A DNA stretch of 64,000 nt from Octopus vulgaris. Lineage: Eukaryota. Positions 24,430-37,320 of the stretch are shown here, in pieces (within the stretch, counting starts at the first letter, position 1; the number at the start of each line of letters is the position of its first letter). The position numbers and the translations under genes were made by a program. The notes under the pieces are model-generated. The model did not search any database and had not been told where the DNA came from. It saw nothing but the letters and a program-made list of their open reading frames with translations. The DNA lies in contig OX597816.1 in the NCBI GenBank assembly GCA_951406725.2, forward strand, positions 105,710,001 to 105,774,000, read 5' to 3'.

Positions 24430-24899
24430 TAACAACAAACAAGATGAGGGCAAATATCCATCAAATGTAAATGATACAAATAATGTACATAATTCCTTAA
24501 AAAAATTGAAAAATTTAAATTAGAAAAACCAGGAAACCACTGATGACATACTGAAGCCAACATTCCAGAGCAGATCAGGCAAAATATACCTATCCCACAC
24601 ACAAGGACAAAATATACCAACTCCGTATACATTTCTGACACAGATAGAAAACTTCTTTATAGTAACAATTGGACTAGACAAGAATTTCGAAATAAATAAT
24701 GTAAGATTCATAAATGCAATAAAGAAATGTGTAAAATACAAAAATCTCTTCTCTATACACAAAAAAACGTAGTTAAATATAAAGCAGAAACTGACTACCC
24801 TAAAAGAATAAATTTTTATAATGCAACAGAAATGGTTAAAAAAATAATAAATCATAATAAATGATAAATAAAATAAAATAAAATAAAATTACAAAAAAT

Positions 24900-25520
24900 A
24901 CTCAAGAAGAAATGGAGAGAAAAAACACTCTAAAGCCAGTATCCTACAAGACTCAAAGGAGAAGTATGCAAAAGTGAAAGTTGACAGTGGCTCAAAAGCT
25001 CCTGCTTAAAAGCAGAAATAGAGGAACTGATACTTGCTGCACAAGACCAATGTCTGATCAAGAGCAACTGTGAAAATAAAATCATGAAAATGAACTCTAA
25101 CACCAAATGCAAAATGTGCAACTAGCATAGTGTTACACTTGACCATATCATCTCCAGTTTCCCAGTCCTTGCTAAATCTGAATATATACACAGGCAGCTA
25201 CATCCACTGGTCAATATGCAATACCTGGATGTGAAAACAAGAAGTGATAGAAGCATGTACCTAACACAGTACATGACAACAACCTGATCAGAATAATCTG
25301 AGATATGCCTTTCCAAATTGACAAAGAGATCGCATTAAGCCATCCTTACATAATAATAAAAGATAGGAAAGCAAACAGATGCACATTGACACTGTCCAAA
25401 AATTAGTTCTGCAAGGAAGAGCCCACATCTTGTACAAAACACTTTCAATTCAATAGAATAGCTCAAATAGGACAATTTTCACATACAGCACACACCCTAT
25501 ACAATAAGCGTCTAATAATC
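24900..25520 (+). mobile_element. Decayed R4/Dong-like non-LTR retrotransposon
   Basis: LKAEIEELILAAQDQCL, CKMC and LDHIISSFPVLAKSEYIHR resemble the ETEG-I-AAQDQ motif and CCHC knuckle of R4-clade elements. Confidence 0.8.
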
Positions 25521-27058
25521 TAAAACAACACAACTTGCACAATGTATCATATGCAAAATTAAGCACCAAATAAAATAACATAATATACACTACACACAAC
25601 AAAACGAACACTAAACCCCAGAGCAAAACAAGCTAATGCAGTACACCAACAGGAAGAGTCCACACACCCTTAATCCCTACAAAAATAAGAACACAATGCT
25701 GCACACACCTAAGGAACATGGAGGTACACCAAGTGGTGGAGTAGAAACTCACATGAAACTACCAAAGAAAAAAAAATAATACTTATAATCAAAACGACTA
25801 TAAATAAATTCATTAAATATATAGAATCCCTTTTGTTTGTGAAAGCTATCAGATTTACTTGATTATAGTTTCTTTTAGAGAAAGAAAAAGATCAGCCAAC
25901 AAATTGTCAATCCTAAAATGTAATATATGATATTAGAATTAGGATTTTTTGTTTCAACCATGAAACGATCTAAAAATAATTTTACAGTATAAATTTTTTG
26001 TTCCTCCTAATATTTTGGGCAATTTTCTGAACAGTTTTACATTAAGGGGTTGGAAATCTATAAAAGAAAGGGGAAGAGAGAATTTATTGATTTATTGTTG
26101 TTTATTTATAAAGCCTAGATTGCCTATTGATCCACAGAAGCAATTGTTCTTCTCAGGTTATGTTAAAGATTAAAGTAATACTTATGCCAATAGCCCATAA
26201 GTAAAAACATTTTTTCTGCACAACCATTCTATCAAATTATTTGTAACAATGGTTTCTCTTACAGCCCTGGCTCTTACTGCTCAACATTCATTTCATTATT
26301 AATTGATAGTAAGGACACAGCATTTCGTTTTGCAACCATGATATGCTACCAAGTATATTAAAGGTTTTATAAGTCAATATTGTGTCTTACCTTTTGTGTC
26401 AGTAGTGCAATATTCTAATTTTTAAGTTTGCCTCCATAACTTTTCTATAGAATTCAGAGCCAGCACTCTCATAACTTACAGTGGCTCTGAATTCTATAAA
26501 AAAATCCTTTCATTATATATCATTACACTTTTTCATAAGCATAATAAACATATCATTTTTAGAATTAGATTTTTAGTTGTATATGTTACCAGATCAGACT
26601 TTTATTTCTGTTGCTCCTCAGTTTAGTAAGTAAGAGCTCTTACTGTCAATCCTTAAACATAATCATCCTTTGAGTAACCCTTACCAATCATTACTATAGC
26701 ACTTCAGTTATTTACCTGATATTATCAAGCCTTTAATCACTGGTTTATTATGCTGAAGTACAGTGTTAATTTTTGTAGGGGCAGGTCGTCATGGTCCACT
26801 GAACCTTTATCAGTTTATTACAGGCAAAAAAGACAGCCAAATGACTAAGGCAGTGGACATCTAACCAAGAGATCAATGATTTGTATCCTGTCATCTTCAT
26901 TACACTGTATCTAATGTCAGGACACTTATCTTCCAAATACTTGTAATGAGTATTTCAGGGAAACAATACACCACCTAAAGCAGCAGAGCAATGAAAACCA
27001 TTAAATGAGTCATCAGCCAGAAGGCAATGAGAAATTACTCCAGCATAAACTTCCTTAA

Positions 27059-27272
27059 CCCTTTAATGTTCAGATTACTCTGTTAAATGTAATGCTTTTT
27101 CACTCAAATTGTTTTGAATTAATCATACATTATCTCATAGCTTTGAAATCTCAATGATGTGAATATTTTTTTAATGTCAATGTAGGTTAGGTGCGAGAGG
27201 CTAGATATGGCTAGTTGAAATATAAAATGTAGAATATTTGGGCCAGATGTGGCCGGTTTAAACACTAAAGGG
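27059..27272. mobile_element. piggyBac-type MITE
   Basis: TTAA target duplications (27055-58, 27273-76) flanking TIRs ccctttaatgtt / aacactaaaggg. Confidence 0.85.
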
Positions 27273-29566
27273 TTAAAATAACAAGATGAATTCTTCAACC
27301 CAAAGGCTTACAAGACACTTGGTGATATTATTAGCACTTTGCAAGTATAAAATGTATTCATAAATTCATCAAAAGTTGAACTTGAAAAACAAAGAGATCT
27401 TACTAGATCCACTGTAGCATACAGTCTGTTCTACACTCTAGTCACCTTTAATTATTATCATCAACCTTCATTTATTGCAACAATGATTCTCATATATAAA
27501 TGTTCTTAAAGAAGTATTATTCAATATTCAATTATTAACATTTTCTAACTACTGCTTGTCAATAATTAACATCTCTGAGTCATTAAATTTTTTTATAATA
27601 ATTGACATCTGTGCCAATGAAGGTAACTACTGTCACTGTCAGAAGTGAAGTCAGATATTTGGCAACAGCCCACTGGCAATAGCAGTTTAGAATTTATGTT
27701 ATCTTTAAATGCATAAATGAGCTGTCTCCAAAAACCTCTGAGGCTTATTAAACTGGTGATTAGTGCTACACTGAGAAGTATTAAGTAGTCAAGAAGTGAA
27801 TCTTTCGTATGCAAGGTTATATTCCTAGAGGATTTTATGCTTATTTCTCACAAATAAGGAAATTAAAATATGCAGAATTAAATGTCCTTGGACAGTATTA
27901 AACAACAGCAGCATAATTAACCCAAGACACAAGCTGAGAGTCAATACATTTTGCATTTTTCTCTAATTAAGTGCTAAAAAAGTAACTGTTATAAAAAACA
28001 GGATTAGATAAATCGCAAAATATAAACACTACAACATATCTTAGATACAAGACACCTAGCTAATGACTTTATAGTATGAAGTTTGTATGCTAACCGGTTA
28101 ATTTAGCCATGTTTCAAAAATTCATTTAGATACTTATTAATGAATGATAGATGCCATTTCTAGAGTCTGCTTCACCTAAAAAATAAGAATTCAGCTTCCT
28201 CACAATTTGAAGCTCCTGTAAATACAGAGAAGCTCATACCCTGCTATAAAAATATTAGGCAGTAAACAGCATTTATATATTTTAGGCTGATTAATATAAA
28301 TGACCTTTCTGGTACTGCTTGATAAGAAGTAAAACAAAGAGGCTTAAAGTAGTGGCTAGACCCTAAACTCATTTGACCATAGGGAGAGCACTAAAATTCC
28401 ATTTCATTTGGTGCATCTTAGGTATATGATCTTTCTCTAAGCTATACTTACAGTAAGAGTTATAAGCCACTTGTCAATCTAATGCAGTTTGCCAGTAATT
28501 TCATCTATATTTTTTGCTATGTTTTCAATATTTTCTATTCAGTTTACATGGTTGTTATTTCACATAAAGTACATGAGAATTTTTAGTGCTGTTCATATTA
28601 TTTTATGCATATTCAGAATTTTTGAAAGAGTAAATGAAATAGATAAGAACATCTGAAATTCTTATACAGTTATAAAAGAAAATTGGTCAACATTTTATCA
28701 TTAAGAATTGTTTGGCAGTAACACTCTTAGGTCAGAGTAAAGATTTCATTCATAAAAATGTTCTTTAATAGATCAACTATTAAAAATTACCTGGGCTCAA
28801 CATTACATTTTGACCTTAATGTATTTTCTGAACTCTGTTGCTGTTTTGTCTTTAGTCAGCTTTGATCAAGAAACCTATGCCGAAAGTTGTGCCAGCATTG
28901 AGCAACATATGGGTTTTTTGTCTTAGTTATAGTGTATCTAAAACTACATAACCTAATATGCTCCTTCATCATTTTAAAGACAGCAGAGTGGGATTTTAGG
29001 AAGATTTGATTGTTATTTCTAGCAGCTTAAATGACTATGTAGAAACTTTCTCATTTGCCTGAACATGTTCAAATGTCATTGGTAACTCCTGAATATTATT
29101 AGACCTTCTTCCTTATATAGGATGACTAGCAGAGGCACCTAGGATGAAATTAGTCCTTATATATTGGAAGGAAAATGCAAAATTTGTCGTATAGAAATTT
29201 ATTACTCTAAATTTAATTTATTCTTCAATTGGGAAATCAATTCTGAATTCATAATACAAAAATGATAATAATAATCTATTATAATAATGAGCTTGTTTGT
29301 AAGTTTGTCCAAAATCATGCAATGAGGAAGTAGCAGTGTAAGTAAGAGTAAAAAAGAGAAGGGACAAAATGGTAATAACGATGAGAGAGGGAGTGGTATC
29401 AAACAGTGCCTCTCACTCTCTCTCTCAACAAAAACCTTTTCACTTTATTGATGAATGCTGCCTCTCTCTCTCTTTCTCTCTCTATCTACAGACACACACA
29501 CGCACACACACTCTCTCTCTCTCTCACTCTCTTTTTCACTCACTCACTCTCTCTCTCTCTTTCTTT

Positions 29567-29602
<36 letters not shown>

Positions 29603-30439
29603 ATCATTTTCATTCAAATATAAGATAAGTAAATAAGTAGTAATTTTTAAGTCATAGAATTAAGATATCTTCCATTGAAAGAAAGCTTAATAGTATTGTC
29701 TATTTAAAGAAGGTAATTATGAATATTTACAAATACTTGCTTATACCGTGATGTTTGTAAATATTTATGAATGAAGAATTTTGCTAAGTTGGTGAAGTTT
29801 GTCTTCAAGATCTTTTTCTATTTCAGGCAGTAAAGAGAGTGAGAGAGACAGAGACAGACAGAGATAGAGAACATGTAGACGTTGCTGGAAAAATAAATAA
29901 GTCTGTGTGTATGCTGTTAATGTAATCCTGTGTAATTTTGGACTTTGTATGGTTACATATAAAAAATATGAATGAACTAATGCACACATATACTTACACA
30001 CACACACAAATATACTCATTTGTTTTGAAGTTTGTATTCTGTTGGATTAAATATACTCATCCACCTGCTATGGAGAATGAATCAGACAGAAGGTGATGGT
30101 TAGCCAGAGAGAGACAAAGGCAAAGAATCGAAAGAGAGAGAATATTGAGAAGAATGGAAGAATAATGGTTAATACTGAAACAGATCATCCAAAACAAGGT
30201 GAACTCATTGCTGGTAGGGTTTTCACTAGAAACGTGGTGTTGAAGCAATTACTGAGATAAAGGTAGTAATGCTTTTATTTTAATTTTATTTTCCATATCA
30301 CTTTCTGATGGCATGGTTATACTAGTAATAATAATAACAAAGGAAAAATGTTATCATATGCACAGTGCTGTTCTAGAAAGGTTCATGTTCATTCACAAAT
30401 GCAGCTAAGTCTGATGTCATAATTTGTCTCTCTTGCTAT

Positions 30440-31355
30440 GTCTCTTCAAGTTAGATCGCTAATTTGATGGTTTGTTTTTGGCAATCCAGAGCCAGGCTCA
30501 TGCAAATTGTTGCCTCCCATGACCAAAACTTGATCCTCAGTTTCAATCAGTGTTTGGTTAAAAATTATTTCAGAGAATTGCATATTGATATCTGGGTTTG
30601 CCTGTTGAATTGCATACTTTAAGTCCTCAGCCATGTCCTCACAATGTTTCAACCAAAGCTGTAGGAGACTGCCAAGTTGACACATGTTCAGTATAATTGG
30701 AAAATCTGATAGTGATGCTTCAGTCAATGCAAGGTTCCCAATGCTCATCATTTTCTAAAAAAACCTGGTTGATAGCATGCTTTCCTATAAGTTTCACACA
30801 CATGACTATTTACACTCTTCAAATCTTGGAATGATTTGGGACCACGTACTTCATGCAAAAGGAATTGTAAGTAATACCATTCTTCTTGACTTGGGGGTAT
30901 ACTGTAAACTCTTGCAAGATCATCAGCCATATGTTTCCTCTTGTGCCATTTATTGTTTCTCCAGGTGTAATACTTGGGTAATTATGGGTTAAAAGAATTT
31001 TCTTGCATCTTCATCTACTTGACACATCTTAAAAAAAGGCAGTAAGGGTAGTTTCTTTTTGAGAAAGTGTTTGTTGCTAGGCTGTTTGTTTTGTAAAGAT
31101 AATCCTGTGGCCATTCTCTAGATGGACGTTCAGATGAATGATGGCTGGGTGCTTCTCATAAATGGGAAAATTGTAGATGTGCCAAAAAGCCACATATATC
31201 TTCCTCTGTCATACAGTGCATCTTCATCATTTTTATTTATCTGCTGACTGCCATTCTGCATAACAGTGTATGTTGCAGCATCTAAATCTTTATTTATATA
31301 TTTGCAAACATACTTAATAGAGTTAATAGAGTTGCAGAATTCAACATTGACTCCA
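30440..31355 (-). mobile_element. Helitron Rep/helicase fragment
   Basis: VNVEFCNSINSIKYVCKYINKDLDAA, YNFPIYEKHPAIIHLNVHLENG, KETTLTAFF and YYLQFLLHEVRGPKSFQDLKSVN...TYRKAC are hallmark Helitron motifs; frameshifted. Confidence 0.9.
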
Positions 31356-31850
31356 GCTATCTGTACTCATCTTTGCTTCTCTGTAGAATACTGATCATCT
31401 ACATCTACCCCAACTCCCCTTGCAGAGTGTGAGAACATTGTTCTCGGTAACTTCTGTGAAAATTAAACTGGGGATTAAATGAAAAAAAATGAGTTACGTG
31501 AATATCTTCACAAGAGTGATTGGAATACATGGCGATAGTGGAATGCCCCATGCATGCACATGCATGCACGCACACACACACACACACACATGCACACAAA
31601 CAGATAGTATCAAACATCAGATGAAATGGATGTGGGAGAGAGAATGAGAGAAAAGGTGTGTTGTCATGTATACATACATACACAAATATACACACATCTT
31701 TTTGTATGTATATGTGCATGAGAGAGAGGGTGAGTGAATGTCACTTAGACATCACTCTCTCTCTCTCTCTCTGTCTTACACACACATACAAAAAAGATGT
31801 ATACATATGTATTTATGTACGTACGTATACACAACACACTCCTTGACTGA

Positions 31851-31896
<46 letters not shown>

Positions 31897-34186
31897 TAAA
31901 CACACACATAAATAAATGTATGCATACATATAAAAGCATATGTGTGTATGTGTGACTGACTTGTATGTGTGTGTGTGTGTGTGTGCATGTGTGTGTGTAA
32001 GAGAGAGAGAGAGGGAGAGAGAACACTGCAAACAATGAATGAAGTAGACATGAAATGAAAAATTGTATAAATAAAAGCTCGTGAACTTATTAGATATTTC
32101 TTTCAGTAATTTATCGTAGTTGTTTGCAAATAGCGAATTAAAACTTGAAATGAAAACATTGAAATTGAGAGTGAGAGATTCTGCAAATGAAAACAGAAAA
32201 TTCCACCGTTGCTTCATCAATACCAGAAGTTGACATTAAGAAACCTTTTTAAAGAAGTGAATCATATATATAAAGCAATATTATTTATTTTTAATAAAAA
32301 AATAAACTGAAGACCCTATTATGTATCCAAGGTCAAATTATTCATGTATCCCAAGTATGGAAGTAATTTGTTCAGCTGTTTTCACAGGAAAAGTGAATAC
32401 ACACACACACAGGTATATTTTATTTAAGAAGATTATTCTTGTAATAGAAAAATATTAGAATTTAATCACTCTACTGTTTGCTCCACAGAAGTTGTCACTT
32501 TCTGTGCTATCAACAGTGAATCTGATGTTATTCAGGAACATTTTAAGTAGGTATTTTAGTGATAGAATCATGTATAGTGCATCATTCTTACCAGCTGAAC
32601 AATGTCAGCAGTTTATGATTTGCTATCTGATACACATTCTCTTCATAGCTAAGACTCATTACTTTCAGTAGAAATGTTCACCTAGGGAAGTTTAAGTAGA
32701 TTCTTCACTCATTATATTTTCTCACTGTGAAAAGCACCAACACTATTGTTCATTGGCTTACAAAGCTGAGTTTATCTTCTTATAAGAAAAGCTGCTTATA
32801 GAAGCCTGGCATCCCAACCAGGGAGATATTTATATCTCATCTACTTAACACTATACTCAAATTGAATATTGGTTATATGGATTTTTTTTTTGTCATCCAA
32901 AGACAATTAACATCTATTTCAGGTGAAATTCAGTGAGAAAATTTCCATTTTTAATGCATATGAGAGGAAATAAGGAAAAAAGTTCAAGGGGAAAAAAGGT
33001 TCTTTTATGCATGATAAATGATTAATTAGAAAGAAGTAATTTTTTTGAGCAATCAAAGAAAAGCATGGAACAAAATAAAACAAAGTTGATCAAACTACAA
33101 ACATTTTATATACAGCATAAAGTAGATGCCATAAAATGAAAATTATATAGCTTTGCTTATAGCATAGAAATTCCATTCTGTAAGCAGAAGCATTAATATT
33201 AAAATATTGCTAATTTGTGCAGTGAATCTTAAAAAGACATAAAAACAACCTAACTCTTTCAATAAGAATCCAACAATACAAACCAATTTATCTGAAACCT
33301 ATTTAAGCATTCAGGTTCTAGATAAAAATTAAAACTGAACTTCTAATATGCAAATCTTAGTTTAATAAAACTGAAACAGTTTTAATTCAGGTTAGTAACC
33401 CAGCTTTCATAATTCTCGTGCTCAACATGTAACTAAATTTTTATACAGTGTCTTACTGTTTCAATTAATTTAACCCTAGAAGTCATAGAAATTTAGAAAC
33501 TACTGAAGTTAACAAAAATTATTTCAGGGGATAAACCCTAGTACAGTTATGGTTATGTAGTTAAGAAGTTAATTTCGCAATCATGCAGTTTCAGGTTCAA
33601 TTTCACAATGCAATAGCTTGACCACTTTGGGCCTAGGTCAAGCAAAGCCTTTGAGAGGTTCTGGGAGATGGAAATTGAAAGTAACCTGTCATTTTGTTGC
33701 CAGTGTATGACACTGTGTATACACATATACACAAAACAATGATGATGGCAATGGCAGGGACAGCAACACTTATGCCATAGATGAGGAAACCCCTACTCAA
33801 AAGAAACTAGTTTCTCTATGGACTATGGAATGGGAGAAAAAAATGAAAGAAATATTATGGGCAACTAAGCAGACTTTTTTTTAAAAATCGAATCTGCTTT
33901 AAAAAAGAGTCTCTACATAAGAAAATTATGAAATATGGATGTCTCAATATATTTTGTTAATATTTTACATGAATTTTCCTTGATAGCTTGGGCCCTATGT
34001 TTTTGCTTGAAGCATGAAAATAGTTGCAAACAAGTCATGCAGAGATAAGTGCATTCCCAAGGGTACAACCCACTGACTTTATAGCTTTAGAATCATGTTT
34101 CATTATTATGCACACACATTAATACATGTACATGAGCCCACAAAATTCATAGAAAAATAAAAAAAAGAAAGAAAAGAAGTCCCTAC

Positions 34187-34315
34187 CTTGCTGTTACGGT
34201 CATTGATAAGTTCAATTGACCAACGACCTTCATGTTTTATCCACACAAAAATGATACCATGAGCATCACAAGTAGCCAATTTTTGATATGGCTCATTCCA
34301 TCTTACAAGAACAAC
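34187..34315 (-). CDS. TULP4: Internal coding exon of Tubby-related protein 4 (WD40 region)
   Basis: 129 bp, phase 0, acceptor ttttgcag| and donor |gtaggg. Translates to VVLVRWNEPYQKLATCDAHGIIFVWIKHEGRWSIELINDRNSK, closely matching the vertebrate TULP4 N-terminal WD40 segment as I recall it (VVLVRWNEPYQKLATCDADGGIFVWIQYEGRWSVELVNDRGAQ). Confidence 0.95.
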
Positions 34316-34619
34316 CTGCAAAAACAAAATGTCCAATATGAAATCTCCAATACAGCAGTTTCATTTTGAATAAATGTATATTTAACAGTATCAAAGGTAA
34401 AGTTCAATCAAAATACAGTTGTGCTAATGTTGCTGCATAACTTTTCTAGCAATAGTTACATTGATGCATACATCAATTTTACATTATCCTGCTTTTACAT
34501 TTATTTCTGCAAGACTCCTGTTTAGACTCCTTTAAACTCTAAATTCATTAGTTGGGTAATGCAGATTTGTGAACTTGCTTCTTCATCTTCTTCTTCTTAT
34601 TATTATTATTATTATTATT

Positions 34620-34668
<49 letters not shown>

Positions 34669-35089
34669 TCTAATGCAATAATGTTAATGAAATTGAGACC
34701 AACAGTTGAAAGTCTTTCACTCAGCAGGTGCCTTGTAGTTGAGTAGCACAAGCTTGGTCATCATCCAGAGACTGCTCATAAGTCAGAGGCAGAGAAAAAG
34801 GTGGGACAAGAAGGTAAAGTGAACTGTAATTAAGTGCTGGATCAGAAGTGAACCCAGGAGAAGGGGCTTCTAAAAATGTATGAAATCAAAATGGGATGGA
34901 ATAGGATTTGACAAAATCACCACTTTTAGTGTGAATGAATGCATTTGACTTGCCCAAAACCAATATAAGTTGTGGTGACATGTTGCATTGGAAACTGTGT
35001 GAGAAGTGGGGGTTAGAGAGACACAAGACATGGTAAGAACATAAACCACAGAGAGTGGTGGTGTTAGAGTCCTGTAAAATCCTGTGAGA

Positions 35090-35490
35090 TTTCCCAATCC
35101 AAATGGACAAGGCAAACCACATGTGCTTTATAATTGTTGTTCTGTGCCCCTCTGATCCACAAATAGTTAAGAAGGAAAGCAAAAATTAGATATATACAAT
35201 CATCTTATATATGAAACAGCTTGACTATGGTAAATGAAAAAGATGAAAATAGTGCCAATTATTGTTGGGGCTTTGTAGACAGTATTAGAAAGTGTTAAGA
35301 AGAATATAAAGGAAATGTGAAAAGAGTGCCCAGTAGAACTGTTGTAAAAATTTTGCCTCCTTGGCACAGCTAGAATCATCTAGAAAGTATTAGATAGCTG
35401 ATGGTACTGTAGGCTACAGGTAGGAACCAGCTACTCATGGAAGACTCCAGGAGTTCCAACAAAACCTGAGTTAGAAGAATGATAATAAAA
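35090..35490 (+). mobile_element. R4/Dong-like 3' end remnant
   Basis: KIVPIIVGAL...KFCLLGTARII*KVLDS matches the C-terminus of restriction-like-endonuclease LINEs. Confidence 0.65.
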
Positions 35491-37229
35491 ACAGTTTTCA
35501 AGCAGGGAAACAAAATATTTATTAAGTAATAAGTGAAACAATTTCATAAACTCCTGAAATGACCAGTACAAAAAAAATTTTTATATATTGAACTAGTTAC
35601 ACAAAAGGGGAGTTGAATTGAAGCAGTAATTTTGTTCACATCAGCAAAAATATCAATATATATAACGTCATAAAAAAAAATTTTACTTTATATTTGTAAA
35701 AAAAAATACAATTTATTTTTTAAATATCAGATTTTATATGCAACCTAAAAATCAAATTAAAATTAACTTAGGTAGCTTTTATTGTTTAGTTCCCAGATCA
35801 ACTTTGATCAAAGAAAGCTATGATCAAAACCGTCTCAGCCATGAACAACCCATCATTTTAGAAGGATCTAGGATCGTATTATCTGGTATGTGCATTTTCA
35901 TAAGACAGTTAGGTGTGTTCCAAGGTGTTTTGGATGTGATTTGTAGTAAGTGATTAAACTAATGCCCAAAACTTGGAGTACAATGGAGTATTAAAACTGT
36001 ACCCATTAAATATTAAACTAGGCTAAACATTGCCTTAAATATTAGCATTCATAATTAAAAAAATTTTTTTTACTAGGTTTTCTTTCATCATATAAATTTT
36101 TAAACTTTAATTTTGAATGATAGTTTAACAAGAAAATATGCATTTTGCAATATTTTACTGTCTACAAGGAACAAATCTGACTGTCTAACTGCAACAATAT
36201 GAACACATCTTGAGAGTTAGTTACTGGTAGTTTCTTATTTTTCATCTGATAACAGTTTAGTTCTATCTTATCTCCATTAGTGTTACCATGTTGGCACCAT
36301 CAATTTTCATTAGTTTTGTCAGTGCATCTCTGTTGTGTGGCCCTTGACAGAATAACAGGCACAATCTTTCTTTTACAAATGGTCTTTTCAAATCTTCTTC
36401 CAGTAACTTGTGACACAAAGAAACTTGATGCTAAATTATAAACCACACAACATTAAATTTTTCTTTCACCTGAAGTCTTTTTGTTCTAAAATATGTAATT
36501 AAAAAGCACTCACAAGAGGTGTTTATCAAAATTAGATGTTAACATAGTTTGGAGAGTAATAAAAGAAGTTAAGTAGCTATCTACATTGAATTAAAGCAAC
36601 TAATTCAGGCTGGTCATTATAGAATCAATTAAATCACCAAAGTTGTCAAGTTAAGCAAATAGAGGATTATTTGAAACTAAACTGAAAATTATTTAAGCAG
36701 TATAAGACATTTGTGATTTATAGCATTACAATAGTCTAAAATATATTCTCTATCCTTCAGAAATGATGAAATAAGGGAAGGTGACTAATTTTAGATTGTT
36801 ACTATGCAGATCTAAACAGATTTATTTGTAAAATACTACAACTCAAAAAATTATCTTTCTAGATATGTATTTATTTACAAGTTGACATTTACAATTGTAA
36901 ATTAAATTAATGCGCATATGTATGGGAGCTGGTTATATTTCTTTAAATTTAAAGAAAAAACTGACCAGCAGTTTTGAAAAGTAAAATAATGGGATGTGTT
37001 CTGAAAAGCAAAATATGTCAGTAATGGTTTGCAGCAATACTAATAATGCAAAACCAGACAAATGAGATGTACAATACTATCCTGACTTTATTAAGCAATA
37101 GTTTCAAAAATATCATTGACATAACATATCAATGGTAGAATAAATTTACTAATGCAAAATATCAATGATATATGTCAATGATAGGAAACAACAGTGATAC
37201 AAATACAAAATTAATGTTAGATATCTGTT

Positions 37230-37320
37230 TTAAAAATCAATGATATAAAATAAAAATCAATAATATAAAACGAAAATCAATGTTGAAAAAATAATCAATG
37301 TAAAATAAATCAATGATAAA
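37230..37320. repeat. Degenerate AT-rich minisatellite (AATCAATG core)
   Basis: Five units containing aatcaat at 14-20 bp spacing. Confidence 0.6.

Larger units (their letters stand above)
23790..24490 (-). mobile_element. Penelope-like element remnant with inverted pseudo-LTRs
   Basis: Inverted repeats ~23790-23980 and ~24281-24490, each with (AAT)n and a hammerhead motif, flank a GIY-YIG C-terminal coding remnant and a tRNA-like segment. Confidence 0.85.

Noticed and set aside
27593-27814. Minus-strand ORF as a candidate extra TULP4 exon
   Set aside because: No TULP4 similarity, and the two called exons already join contiguously.
33775-33822. Hammerhead-like catagatgag...gaaactagtt...ctatgg
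   Set aside because: Core CTGA is missing and stem spacing does not fit; too degenerate to support.
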